DNA of 24,589 bases from Candidatus Bipolaricaulia bacterium (GTDB lineage Bacteria > Bipolaricaulota > Bipolaricaulia > JBHIAT01), in assembly GCA_046758705.1 (NCBI GenBank), contig JBHIAT010000038.1, forward strand, positions 1 through 24,589, in the 5' to 3' direction. The translations under genes and the position numbers were made by a program. The notes below the pieces were generated by a model. That model was not told where the DNA came from. It was given only the letters and a program-made list of their open reading frames with translations, and ran no database searches. Shown here piece after piece: positions 8,444 to 18,693 of the stretch (position 1 is its first letter; each line of letters starts with the position of its first letter).

Positions 8444-9187
8444 ATGGGACAGGAAAGTAACCAGAGCAAGATCGACTGGGATGAGCAGGATTCTCAAACT
8501 TTCATTGACTTCGGCCACTATTTCGTTCCAGATCGTGAGCTTCAAATCCGGACCATCTGTGATTTGATTCCAGCATCTAAAGAGCCTTTCCACATCCTCG
8601 AGTTATGCTGTGGCGAAGGCTTGCTTGCCGGTGCATTGCTTGAGCGTTTCCCGAACTGCATCGTTCATGGTCTCGATGGCTCACGTGAAACGCTCCAACG
8701 TGCGAAGACCAACTTGGCCCAATACGGTGAACGCTTTGATGTGAAGCTCTTTGATTTGGCTTCACGTTCATGGCGTCATCCACCATGGCCCATCCACGCT
8801 GTGACATCCTCCCTGGCGATTCATCACCTGAACGCCCAGCAAAAGCAGGAGTTGTTTCAAGACATTCAACAGATGTTGTTTCCAGGAGGTGTGTTTCTGG
8901 TCGTCGATCTGATTCAACCGGCTAACCAACTCGGCGTTGAAGTGGCTGCCAAAGCTTGGGAAGATGCCGTACGCCAGCGGTCGCTTGAGCTCGATGGGAA
9001 CACCAGGGCCGTTGAGTACTTCCGTCAAGAGCAGTGGAATTGCTATGTCTACCCTGATCCGGTTGATAAGCCATCACGCCTGTTTGACCAACTGAAGTGG
9101 CTGGAGCGAGCCGGGTTCGTTGAAGTGGACATGTACTGGATGAAGGCCGGCCACACCATTTTTGGGGGTCGAAAATCAAAAGATTAA
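8444..9187 (+). CDS. Class I SAM-dependent methyltransferase
   Basis: Motif I ILELCCGEG, GLDGS, SSLAIHHL, LFPGGVFLVVD. ATG 8444 follows GGGGAG; GTG 8423 is an alternative start. Confidence 0.88.
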   Translation: MGQESNQSKIDWDEQDSQTFIDFGHYFVPDRELQIRTICDLIPASKEPFHILELCCGEGLLAGALLERFPNCIVHGLDGSRETLQRAKTNLAQYGERFDVKLFDLASRSWRHPPWPIHAVTSSLAIHHLNAQQKQELFQDIQQMLFPGGVFLVVDLIQPANQLGVEVAAKAWEDAVRQRSLELDGNTRAVEYFRQEQWNCYVYPDPVDKPSRLFDQLKWLERAGFVEVDMYWMKAGHTIFGGRKSKD

Positions 9188-9208
9188 GGAACCGAGGAGG
9201 AAATTACC

Positions 9209-9994
9209 ATGAAGACTCAAAAAACTTTAGGCGGAAATGCCATGCGCGGGGGGAAAGTGCTGGTTGTTTTTGTCTGGGCGCTGATGTGTGTGGCATGCTC
9301 AGTGAATCTCACTAATAGAACGGGGACGAATTTCGAGATCGCAGACGTAAATCCAGGAGTCAGAAACGACTTTAGATCACGCACATTCAGATTGGATGTC
9401 GAACGAGAGCCCTTGGTATTCGAGGGAAGTATACAAGCCAGCATAGTGATCGATGGAGTCAAACATCCGATGAGCGGCTCTGGATCGGGCGAATGGACGT
9501 ATTCGACCGACGACCGCGATCCGCAGAATCCAGGCCGTCTACGAGATGGATACGATGTTCAGTACGAAGTTCGATATCAATACCTCCCCCTTCCACTTCC
9601 GTTTCCACTGCCAGGAAAGCAGACACTACCGAGTCAGGGCACGCTGTACTTTGATGTCCGGCCGGAAGTTTTCGCGGAAAGGGACGACCCCCTATTCTTC
9701 TTGAACACAAACATTACAAAGGAGGTCAGTGTGACCAATCTGAGTCTGGGGCCTGTCACGCTCACCACCATCGAAATGCGGCCGTTTGGGGGACCCGGGA
9801 TTGGGGATCTAAGCGGGACGAAGTTCGAGTTCGTTGCCCCGCCTCAAATGCCATTGATACTCGCGTCGGGCGAGGGTGTCACGATTGCTATAAGGTTCAC
9901 CGGATTCACCTTGGCACAGGGAATTCTAGCGATAGAAACGGATCACCCGGACCACCCGCTCATTGAGTTTGCGCTGATGGGCAGAGTTTTCTAA
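9209..9994 (+). CDS. Hypothetical lipoprotein with C-terminal Ig-like (ASH/choice-of-anchor-D-like) domain
   Basis: SD GAGGAGG and lipobox-like CVAC. The C-terminal pattern VSVTNLSLGPVTLTTI...LASGEGVTIAIRF...GILAIETDHPDHP is typical of ASPM-SPD-2-Hydin-like Ig folds. Confidence 0.65.
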   Translation: MKTQKTLGGNAMRGGKVLVVFVWALMCVACSVNLTNRTGTNFEIADVNPGVRNDFRSRTFRLDVEREPLVFEGSIQASIVIDGVKHPMSGSGSGEWTYSTDDRDPQNPGRLRDGYDVQYEVRYQYLPLPLPFPLPGKQTLPSQGTLYFDVRPEVFAERDDPLFFLNTNITKEVSVTNLSLGPVTLTTIEMRPFGGPGIGDLSGTKFEFVAPPQMPLILASGEGVTIAIRFTGFTLAQGILAIETDHPDHPLIEFALMGRVF

Positions 9995-10019
9995 GAGGGA
10001 ATGATAAGAAGGTGACCTG

Positions 10020-10958
10020 ATGACCGATCTACTGAAGACAGCTGCAGAGCGCGCGAGCCTCTATCTTGAGGGGTTAGATGAGCGCCGTGTTGCACCATCG
10101 ACCGAGGCGATCGACCGTCTCGAAAAATTGGGTGGTCCCCTCCCAGATAAACCGACCGACCCGGAGGCAGTCCTTAGCCTCCTCGATGATATTGGCTCCC
10201 CCGCAACGGTTACGACCGCGGGCAGGCGTTATTTTGGGTTTGTGATCGGAGGCGTACTCCCCGCGGCCTTGGCAGCGAACTGGCTTGCCGGGGCGTTCGA
10301 TCCGGCGCACGAGATATGCGCTATGGCTCACGAGGCCGGTGCATGGGTGCACGTTGACGGTGCCTTCGGGCTGTGGATCGCTGCAGCTCCCGAACGGTCG
10401 CATCTCACACACGGTGTGGCAGACGCGGGCTCATGGGCGTTCGACACACATAAGTGGCTCAATGTACCCTACGATAGCGGAGTGGTCATCTGTCGTCACG
10501 CTGAGTCTCTCCGAGCTGCGATGTCTTTCAGTGCCGCATATCTCATGCAAGGCGAGCAGCGCGAGCCACATCAATACACCCCCGAGATGTCGCGACGTGC
10601 GCGTGGCATCGAGATGTGGGCAGCACTGCGTTCTCTGGGCCGGTCTGGTCTGGCTGACCTGATCGAGCGAACGTGCAGACACGCATCTCGTTTTGCTGAG
10701 GGTTTGAGTGCGGCAGGGTGCCGGATCCTCAACGATGTGGTCACCAACCAAGTGCTCGTTTCGTTCGGGGACGAGGAAACAACTCGCCGGGTGATTGCCG
10801 GTGTTCAGAAGGACGGCACCTGCTGGTGTGGCGGCACGGTCTGGCAAGGCCATGTAGCCATGCGCATCAGCGTCTCTTCCTGGGCCACGACCGAGGCTGA
10901 CGTTGATCGCAGTTTAGCCGCGATACTGCGCGTTGCTGCTGAGCAGAGCCAGCGTTAG
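10020..10958 (+). pseudogene. Group II PLP-dependent decarboxylase (aromatic/glutamate decarboxylase-like) with a large internal in-frame deletion
   Basis: RYFGFVIGG, WVHVDGAFG, DTHKWLNVPY (PLP Lys), SRRARG and MRISVS are present, but the protein is only 312 aa. ANWLAGA is joined directly to FDP..EIC. Confidence 0.78.
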
Positions 10959-12320
<1,362 letters not shown>

Positions 12321-12325
12321 GTGAG

Positions 12326-12664
12326 GTGAGTCGAAAGATGGGAGCGATCAGTCGCGACCGGCTGAGACGAGAGCAGCGTCGGCAGCGGATCCTCACCGGC
12401 ATCGCGCTGGCGATCGCGTTGGTGATCGTCTTTTCTATCGGAGCCGTCTTTTACTCCAGGTTCCAGGCGATCGCGACGAAGCGTGCTCAGCTGCGGAGAA
12501 TCGAGGCGGAGCGGGAGTTGCTGATCGAGCGGAACCAACAGTTGCGTGATACGTTAGAGCAGGTGAACGAGCTCGACTATATCGAGTATCTAGCGCGTAA
12601 GGAACTCGGCTTCGTCCGAGACGGGGAGGAGAAGTACATCATCCTCGAGGAGGAGGGCGAGTGA
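12326..12664 (+). CDS. ftsB: Septum formation initiator FtsB/DivIC family
   Basis: Basic N-terminus, one TM helix, coiled coil and YIEYLARKELGFVRDGE. Sits in the usual position downstream of eno. Confidence 0.85.
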   Translation: MSRKMGAISRDRLRREQRRQRILTGIALAIALVIVFSIGAVFYSRFQAIATKRAQLRRIEAERELLIERNQQLRDTLEQVNELDYIEYLARKELGFVRDGEEKYIILEEEGE

Positions 12665-15600
12665 TAGACTTTGTCCATCTCCATACCCATTGTGAATACA
12701 GCATCCTGGATGCGACCGCCCGCATCGATGCGTTGCTTGACAAGGCCGAAGCCTGTCGGATGCCCGCCCTGGCACTCACCGACCATGGGGTGATGAGCGG
12801 CGCGGTCGAACTCTACCGGAAGGCCCGAGACCGGGGGATCAATCCGGTGATCGGCTGTGAGCTCTATGTCGCCCCGACCGCTCGAACCGAGCGGTCAGCC
12901 TACCAGAAATACAATCACTTAGTCGTGCTCGTCGAAACGGACGAAGGTTACTGTAACCTGGTCAAGTTGGTCAGCAAGGGATTCATCGAGGGTTTTTACT
13001 ACAAGCCTCGGGTCGACTATGAGCTGCTGCGCAAGTATCACAAAGGTCTGATCGCACTCTCGGCGTGCCACAGTGGTGTGGTCTCACGACGGGTGATCGA
13101 AGGCAAGACCGACAAGGCGATCGCCGCCGCTCAAGAGCTCGAAGGGATCTTCGGACGTGGAAACTTCTTCCTCGAGCTCCAGGATCACGGCCTGGATCTG
13201 TGGAAGACGACCAACGATCGGCTACGGGAGATCGCCGAGACGCTGGACATCCCGCTGGTGGTCACCAATGATGTCCACTACGTCGAACCGGAAGATGCCG
13301 AGGCCCACGAGGTCTTTCTCAACATCCAGGGTGGCAAGACGATCGACGACCCCAACCACCGCATCTACGAGGGGGATGGCTATTACTTTCGCTCGCCTGA
13401 CGAGATGGCTGTCTTATTCCCAGATGACCACGAGGCGTTGGCGAACACGGTGAGGATCGCCGAGCGGTGCCAAGTCAACCTCGACTTCGAAACGACCCAT
13501 CTTCCTAAATACAAGCTTCCCGATGGTTATAGCGATGCGAACCGCTATCTGGAGGAGCTGGCGTTCGCCGGGGCTCAGGCGCGTTACGGATCGATCCCCG
13601 CCAAGGTCGAAGATCGGTTGCGCTATGAGCTCAGCGTGATCGAGAAAGAGGGGTTTGCCGCCTCATTCCTGATCGTTCAGGACTTCGTCCAGTTCGCCAA
13701 ACGGAAGCGGATTCCGGTCGGCCCCGGCCGGGGATCGTCCGCCGGCAGCCTGGTCTCCTACTGCCTGGGCATCACCGGGATCGACCCGCTCAAGTACAAC
13801 CTGCTATTCGAACGGTTCTTGAACCCCGACCGGATCAGCCCGCCGGATTTCGACATCGACTTCTGCATGCGCCGGCGGGATGAGATGATCGACTACGTCG
13901 AGAAGCGCTATGGGAGGGATCGGGTGGCTCAGATCATCACCTTTGACACGATCGCCGCCCGCGGGTCGGTGCGAGATGTCGCTCGGGTGCTGGGCATTCC
14001 CTACGGCGAGGCCGATGAGATCGCCAAGCAGATTCCATTCGGAATCTCTCTACAGGAGGCACTTCGAAACGTCAAGGCACTCAAGCAACGTTACGAATCG
14101 GATGAGAGAGTTCGGCAACTGTTCGACATCTCCATGAAGCTGGAGGGGCTGGTCCGAAACGCCTCCACCCACGCCGCCGGTGTGGTCATCGCCCCGGGGA
14201 AGATCACCGACTTCGTTCCCCTACAGCGGCTGACCACCAAGGAGTTGGTGACCGAGTATGACATGGTGGATCTCGAGGTCATCGGGATGCTCAAGATGGA
14301 CTTCCTGGGGCTGCGGACCCTGACGGTCATTGCCGATGCTCTCCAGGCGATCGAAGACGCGACCGGAGAGCTGATCGATATCGAAGCGATTCCGCTGGAC
14401 GATGTCCAAACCTACGCATTGTTGCAGCAAGGGAAAACCGTCGGTGTCTTCCAGTTGGAGAGTTCGGGGATGCGTGACTTGGTGCGGCGGCTCCGCCCCA
14501 CCGGGCTGAACGATATGATCGCCCTGGTTGGTCTGTATCGCCCCGGGCCGCTGGAAAGCGGGATGGCCGACGCCTACGTCGAGCGCAAACATGGTTATCA
14601 ACGGACGACCTACCCCCACCCTGAACTCCGAGAGATCCTTGAGGACACCTATGGGCTCCCCATCTATCAGGAACAGCTGATGCAGATGGCCGTCGTGTTG
14701 GCCGGGTTCAGCCTGAGCGAGGCGGATACACTCAGGAAAGCGATCGGCAAGAAGAACCGGGCGATCATGGACGAGATGCGCAGCAAGTTCATCGACGGCT
14801 GTGTGGCCAACGGAATCGACCGATCCCAGGCCGAGAGCCTGTTCGCCGACATCGACAAGTTCGCGCGCTATGGGTTCAACCGCGCCCACTCGACCGCCTA
14901 TGGTCTCATCTCCTACTGGACCGCCTACCTCAAGGCCAATTACTCGACCTACTACATGGCAAGCCTGCTCACCAGTGTGGGCGGGAACAAGGAGAAGCTC
15001 GCCGAGTACATCCAGACGTGTCGGGATATGGGGATTCGTGTGCTGCCACCCGATGTGAACGAGAGCGAGGTCAACTTCACTTCGGTCGGGGATCGCGAGA
15101 TCCGCTTCGGCCTGGGGGCGATCAAACACGTCGGAGAAGGGGCGGTGGTCTCCATCCTGAAAGCGAGAGGAGACGTTCCGTTCAACTCGTTCCTCGATGT
15201 TTGCCGACGCGTGGATCCCAAGGCGATCAACAAAGAGGTCCTGGAGAGCCTGATCAAGGCGGGTGCCTTCGACAGCCTGGAGTCGAACCGAAGGTGCTTG
15301 CTCAACCGGGTGGACGAAGGGATGGAGATCGGACAGCGGTCAAGACAGGAACGGCTGAGCGGCCAGCGCTCGTTCTTCAGCGATGAGGAAGAGACTCCCG
15401 ATTCACCGCCTGATAAGAAGCCGGTCGATTTCTCCGAGGCTGAACGGCTGAAGTTCGAGAAGGAGTTGCTCGGCCTGTACATCAGTGGCCACCCCCTGCT
15501 TGCCCACGAGGCCGAACGGTTGCTTTACACCTCCTGCAGCTTGGGGGAGGTGTCAGCGATGGCGGAGGGGCAAGAATTGCTGCTGGCGGGCAAGGTCGAG

Positions 15601-16083
15601 CGGATCAATCGGATCGTCACCCGAAACGCAGAGCCGATGGCGTTCGTGACCCTGGAGGATCTCACCGCGGAGCTGGAGCTCACCGTCTTCCCCGAACCGT
15701 ATTCCCGCTATGTCGAGCTGTTGAGTGAGGAGGCACTGATCTGGGTACGCGGTCAGACCAGCTTGAGAAACGGAGAGATACAGGTGATCGCCGAGGAGAT
15801 CCTCCCGCTCGCCCGGGCGGGTGACCGGGTCCAGGTCACGCTCGGGCTCGTCCTGGAAGTTGGGTCGATTGAGCCGTCGCTCCTCGACCGACTTCAACGT
15901 CTTCTCCGCGCCCACCCGGGGAAAATCCCCGTCTACATCCAGGTTGACGGCAGCGGTTCGCAGGGGTATGTGACGGTCCGAGCCGGGCCGGATTACTCGG
16001 TCGAGCTCACCGGCGAGATGCTCGATGCGTTGAAGGAGCTGCCGGGGGTGGCGCGGGTGGGGATACAGCGGGGATTGGTCTAG
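12661..16083 (+). CDS. dnaE: DNA polymerase III subunit alpha
   Basis: PHP domain (HLHTH, TDHG, TNDVHY), GPGRGSSAGS, catalytic PDFDIDF and KMDFLGL, YGFNRAH, HhH and OB-fold regions. GTGA overlap with the ftsB stop. Confidence 0.98.
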   Translation: MIDFVHLHTHCEYSILDATARIDALLDKAEACRMPALALTDHGVMSGAVELYRKARDRGINPVIGCELYVAPTARTERSAYQKYNHLVVLVETDEGYCNLVKLVSKGFIEGFYYKPRVDYELLRKYHKGLIALSACHSGVVSRRVIEGKTDKAIAAAQELEGIFGRGNFFLELQDHGLDLWKTTNDRLREIAETLDIPLVVTNDVHYVEPEDAEAHEVFLNIQGGKTIDDPNHRIYEGDGYYFRSPDEMAVLFPDDHEALANTVRIAERCQVNLDFETTHLPKYKLPDGYSDANRYLEELAFAGAQARYGSIPAKVEDRLRYELSVIEKEGFAASFLIVQDFVQFAKRKRIPVGPGRGSSAGSLVSYCLGITGIDPLKYNLLFERFLNPDRISPPDFDIDFCMRRRDEMIDYVEKRYGRDRVAQIITFDTIAARGSVRDVARVLGIPYGEADEIAKQIPFGISLQEALRNVKALKQRYESDERVRQLFDISMKLEGLVRNASTHAAGVVIAPGKITDFVPLQRLTTKELVTEYDMVDLEVIGMLKMDFLGLRTLTVIADALQAIEDATGELIDIEAIPLDDVQTYALLQQGKTVGVFQLESSGMRDLVRRLRPTGLNDMIALVGLYRPGPLESGMADAYVERKHGYQRTTYPHPELREILEDTYGLPIYQEQLMQMAVVLAGFSLSEADTLRKAIGKKNRAIMDEMRSKFIDGCVANGIDRSQAESLFADIDKFARYGFNRAHSTAYGLISYWTAYLKANYSTYYMASLLTSVGGNKEKLAEYIQTCRDMGIRVLPPDVNESEVNFTSVGDREIRFGLGAIKHVGEGAVVSILKARGDVPFNSFLDVCRRVDPKAINKEVLESLIKAGAFDSLESNRRCLLNRVDEGMEIGQRSRQERLSGQRSFFSDEEETPDSPPDKKPVDFSEAERLKFEKELLGLYISGHPLLAHEAERLLYTSCSLGEVSAMAEGQELLLAGKVERINRIVTRNAEPMAFVTLEDLTAELELTVFPEPYSRYVELLSEEALIWVRGQTSLRNGEIQVIAEEILPLARAGDRVQVTLGLVLEVGSIEPSLLDRLQRLLRAHPGKIPVYIQVDGSGSQGYVTVRAGPDYSVELTGEMLDALKELPGVARVGIQRGLV

Positions 16084-16111
16084 GGAAGGGGAAGGGGAAG
16101 GAGGCGCAGGG

Positions 16112-17413
16112 ATGAGCCGATGGCATCGGATCGATCGGGTGATCAAATGGCTCTACCCCGGCATCCGGGTGAAACGTTGGATCGCCCTGTCAGGGGCATC
16201 GGCTATCGTCTTTGTAATCGGCCTATTCCGCCTGTTCGAGCTGTCACGCTACCTGGAGATGATCTACCCTTCCTCCACGGTGTACAGCTATCTGTCAGCC
16301 GCCCTGCTCATGCTCCTGGGGATCGGGGGGATCTCATTCGGGATCAATCGGGTGGCCCGCACCATCGTCCGGGGGATCTCTCCAGGGAAGGAGGGCCAGG
16401 CCTCGGAGATCCTCTATCACAAGCAACGGCTCAGCAAGGGACCGCAGGTGGTCACCGTTGGAGGGGGGACGGGGCTTTCGACCCTACTGCGCGGGTTGAA
16501 GCGGTTTACTTCGAACCTCACTGCGGTGGTGACCGTAATGGACGACGGCGGCAGTTCCGGCCGGATCCGCGAGGAGCTCGATCTGTTGCCCCCCGGAGAT
16601 ATCCGCAACTGTCTGATCGCCCTCGCTGAGGATGAGTCGAAGATCTCAGAGTTGTTCCAGCACCGGTTCAAGGACGGAAAAGATCTCGTCGGTCACTCAC
16701 TCGGCAACCTGTTCATCGCTGGCATGCAGCAGATCACCGGTAGCTTCGATGTCGCCATCGAGGAGACAAGCAAGATCCTGGCGACGCGGGGTCAGGTGCT
16801 CCCGGCGACTTTAGAGCAGGTGAACCTGGTCGCCGAGATGGAGGACGGCGATCACCTCACGGGGGAGAGTGCCCTCACCCGAGATCCCCGGCGGATCCGG
16901 CAGATCTCGCTGTCGAAGACTCCAGTCCTCCCCTATGCCAAGGTCGTCACCGAGATCCGGGACGCCGATATCATCGTCCTCGGCCCGGGGAGCCTGTTCA
17001 CCAGCCTGATCCCGAACCTACTGATCGAGAACGTCTCTCGGGAGATCGAGCGCGCCCGAGCGGTCAAGCTCTACGTGCTTAACCTGATGACTCAGCCGGG
17101 GGAGACCGACGGATTCACCGCCCGGGATCACCTGCGCACGTTGAACGATTACATAACGATGTCGACGTTTGATGTGGTGATCGTCAACACCGACCCGATC
17201 CCCGCGGAGTTGTTGGAACACTATCGCGCTGAGAACGCAATCCCGGTCTATGACGACCTCGACGGGAACGAACTCGGGCTGGAAGTGATCCGAGCCGGAC
17301 TGCTGGACGTGGTCGAACTGGAGGGAAAACCGACGGTCAAGCATAAGCCCGAGGTGCTCGCCCAGGCCATCCGCACGGCGTGGTCCTCCAGGTCGAAGGG
17401 GATGTGGATCTGA
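16112..17413 (+). CDS. yvcK: YvcK/GlmR (UPF0052, CofD-like) family protein with N-terminal membrane segments
   Basis: GGGTGLSTLLRGLK, DDGGSSGRIR, PPGDIRNCL, GHSLGNL, GPGSLFTS, NLMTQPGET. Confidence 0.93.
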   Translation: MSRWHRIDRVIKWLYPGIRVKRWIALSGASAIVFVIGLFRLFELSRYLEMIYPSSTVYSYLSAALLMLLGIGGISFGINRVARTIVRGISPGKEGQASEILYHKQRLSKGPQVVTVGGGTGLSTLLRGLKRFTSNLTAVVTVMDDGGSSGRIREELDLLPPGDIRNCLIALAEDESKISELFQHRFKDGKDLVGHSLGNLFIAGMQQITGSFDVAIEETSKILATRGQVLPATLEQVNLVAEMEDGDHLTGESALTRDPRRIRQISLSKTPVLPYAKVVTEIRDADIIVLGPGSLFTSLIPNLLIENVSREIERARAVKLYVLNLMTQPGETDGFTARDHLRTLNDYITMSTFDVVIVNTDPIPAELLEHYRAENAIPVYDDLDGNELGLEVIRAGLLDVVELEGKPTVKHKPEVLAQAIRTAWSSRSKGMWI

Positions 17414-17423
17414 TCCCGATCGC

Positions 17424-18515
17424 ATGAAGATGGCCAACAAACGGGCAGCAGATCTAGAAAGTAAACTGAAACAGCTCCAAAACACCCTGATAAAGCTCAA
17501 CGAGGAGAAGGAGCGATCCGAAGGACGGCTGCAGGCGATCAACGCATTCATCCGCGCCCTCAACGAGGCCGACGAGCTCGAGGAGCTGCTGGAGGTCATC
17601 CTCCAGGGGACGATCGAGATAATCCCGAACGCCGATAGCGGCACCTTCCTCCTGCTGAACGAACCGAAGACCGCCTTTGAGTTCAAGTCCGCCATCGGCT
17701 GGGACCTGGAGGGGCTGAGACAGGTTCTTATCCCCCGTGACCGATCGATCCTGGCGATGTTGGGACACAATGAGCCGACGATCATCTCGGGTGAGGAGAT
17801 CAAGGCACTGGATGAGCAGCACCAGGATGTTGAGATGGCGGAGATGTTCAAAGGAATAGGATATCCGAAATCGTCGATCATTATCCCGGTCACCATCGAC
17901 GGGGAGGAGCTAGGGTACTTTAACATTAACAGCACGACCACACCTAATGCCTTCGATGAGGAAGATCTGGAACGGATGACCGAGGTGATCGACCAGATCA
18001 GCCTGGCGGTCAAGAAGGTGAAAACCCAGGAGGAGTTGCGGGAGGCGGCGATCCGGGATCCGCTGACCGGCAGCTACAACCGTCGGTACTTCACCGAGAT
18101 CCTCAACAAGGAGCTGGAACGCTCCAAGCGATATCACCATCCCTTCTCGTTGCTGATGCTCGACATCGACCGATTCAAGGAGATCAACGACCGGTTCGGC
18201 CATGTCAAGGGGGATGAGATCCTCTGTGAGGTCGCCAGGATGCTGGAGGAGAACGTCCGGGAGGTCGATGTGGTCGTCCGCTATGGCGGGGACGAGTTCC
18301 TGGTGTTGATGCCCGAAACCCAGGAACCGGACGCTCAGGATGTCGTGACCCGGCTGAACGAACGGCTCAAGGAATGGAATTACGAGCAGGGATTGTTCGG
18401 GATGCAGTTGACGTTGAGCACAGGGATCTACACCTACACTGAGGGGGACGTGACCCAGGAGGATGTCCTGAGGAAGGTCGACGCACGGATGTACCGAGAG
18501 AAGCTGCGTGAGTAG
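17424..18515 (+). CDS. GAF-sensor diguanylate cyclase (coiled coil-GAF-GGDEF)
   Basis: DPLTGSYNRRYF, LDIDRFKEINDRFGHVKGD and RYGGDEF with I-site RxxD (REVD). GAF motif AFDEEDLE. Confidence 0.93.
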   Translation: MKMANKRAADLESKLKQLQNTLIKLNEEKERSEGRLQAINAFIRALNEADELEELLEVILQGTIEIIPNADSGTFLLLNEPKTAFEFKSAIGWDLEGLRQVLIPRDRSILAMLGHNEPTIISGEEIKALDEQHQDVEMAEMFKGIGYPKSSIIIPVTIDGEELGYFNINSTTTPNAFDEEDLERMTEVIDQISLAVKKVKTQEELREAAIRDPLTGSYNRRYFTEILNKELERSKRYHHPFSLLMLDIDRFKEINDRFGHVKGDEILCEVARMLEENVREVDVVVRYGGDEFLVLMPETQEPDAQDVVTRLNERLKEWNYEQGLFGMQLTLSTGIYTYTEGDVTQEDVLRKVDARMYREKLRE

Positions 18516-18545
18516 AGGTGTATGACCATATGCCCCTACTTGCAC

Positions 18546-18575
18546 TTGACAGGCCACTAGGAAATGGTGTATAAC
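18546..18575 (+). promoter_or_regulatory. Putative sigma70 promoter of the ABC transporter operon
   Basis: TTGACA (18546-18551), 18-nt spacer, TATAAC (18570-18575), within an AT-rich intergenic region. Confidence 0.7.
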
Positions 18576-18693
18576 AAACATGCAACAAAACAGTAACAAT
18601 CTCGAAGGAAGGTGAGGTGATAAAACCGTAACCGTTTATCGATGTAGAGGACATCGACAGCCATAAAATATCAGAAGGGGGGATACACAGATT

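Noticed and set aside
12661-16083. Possible intein or split in dnaE
   Set aside because: Length (1140 aa) and motif spacing are normal, with no C...HN splice junctions or LAGLIDADG blocks.
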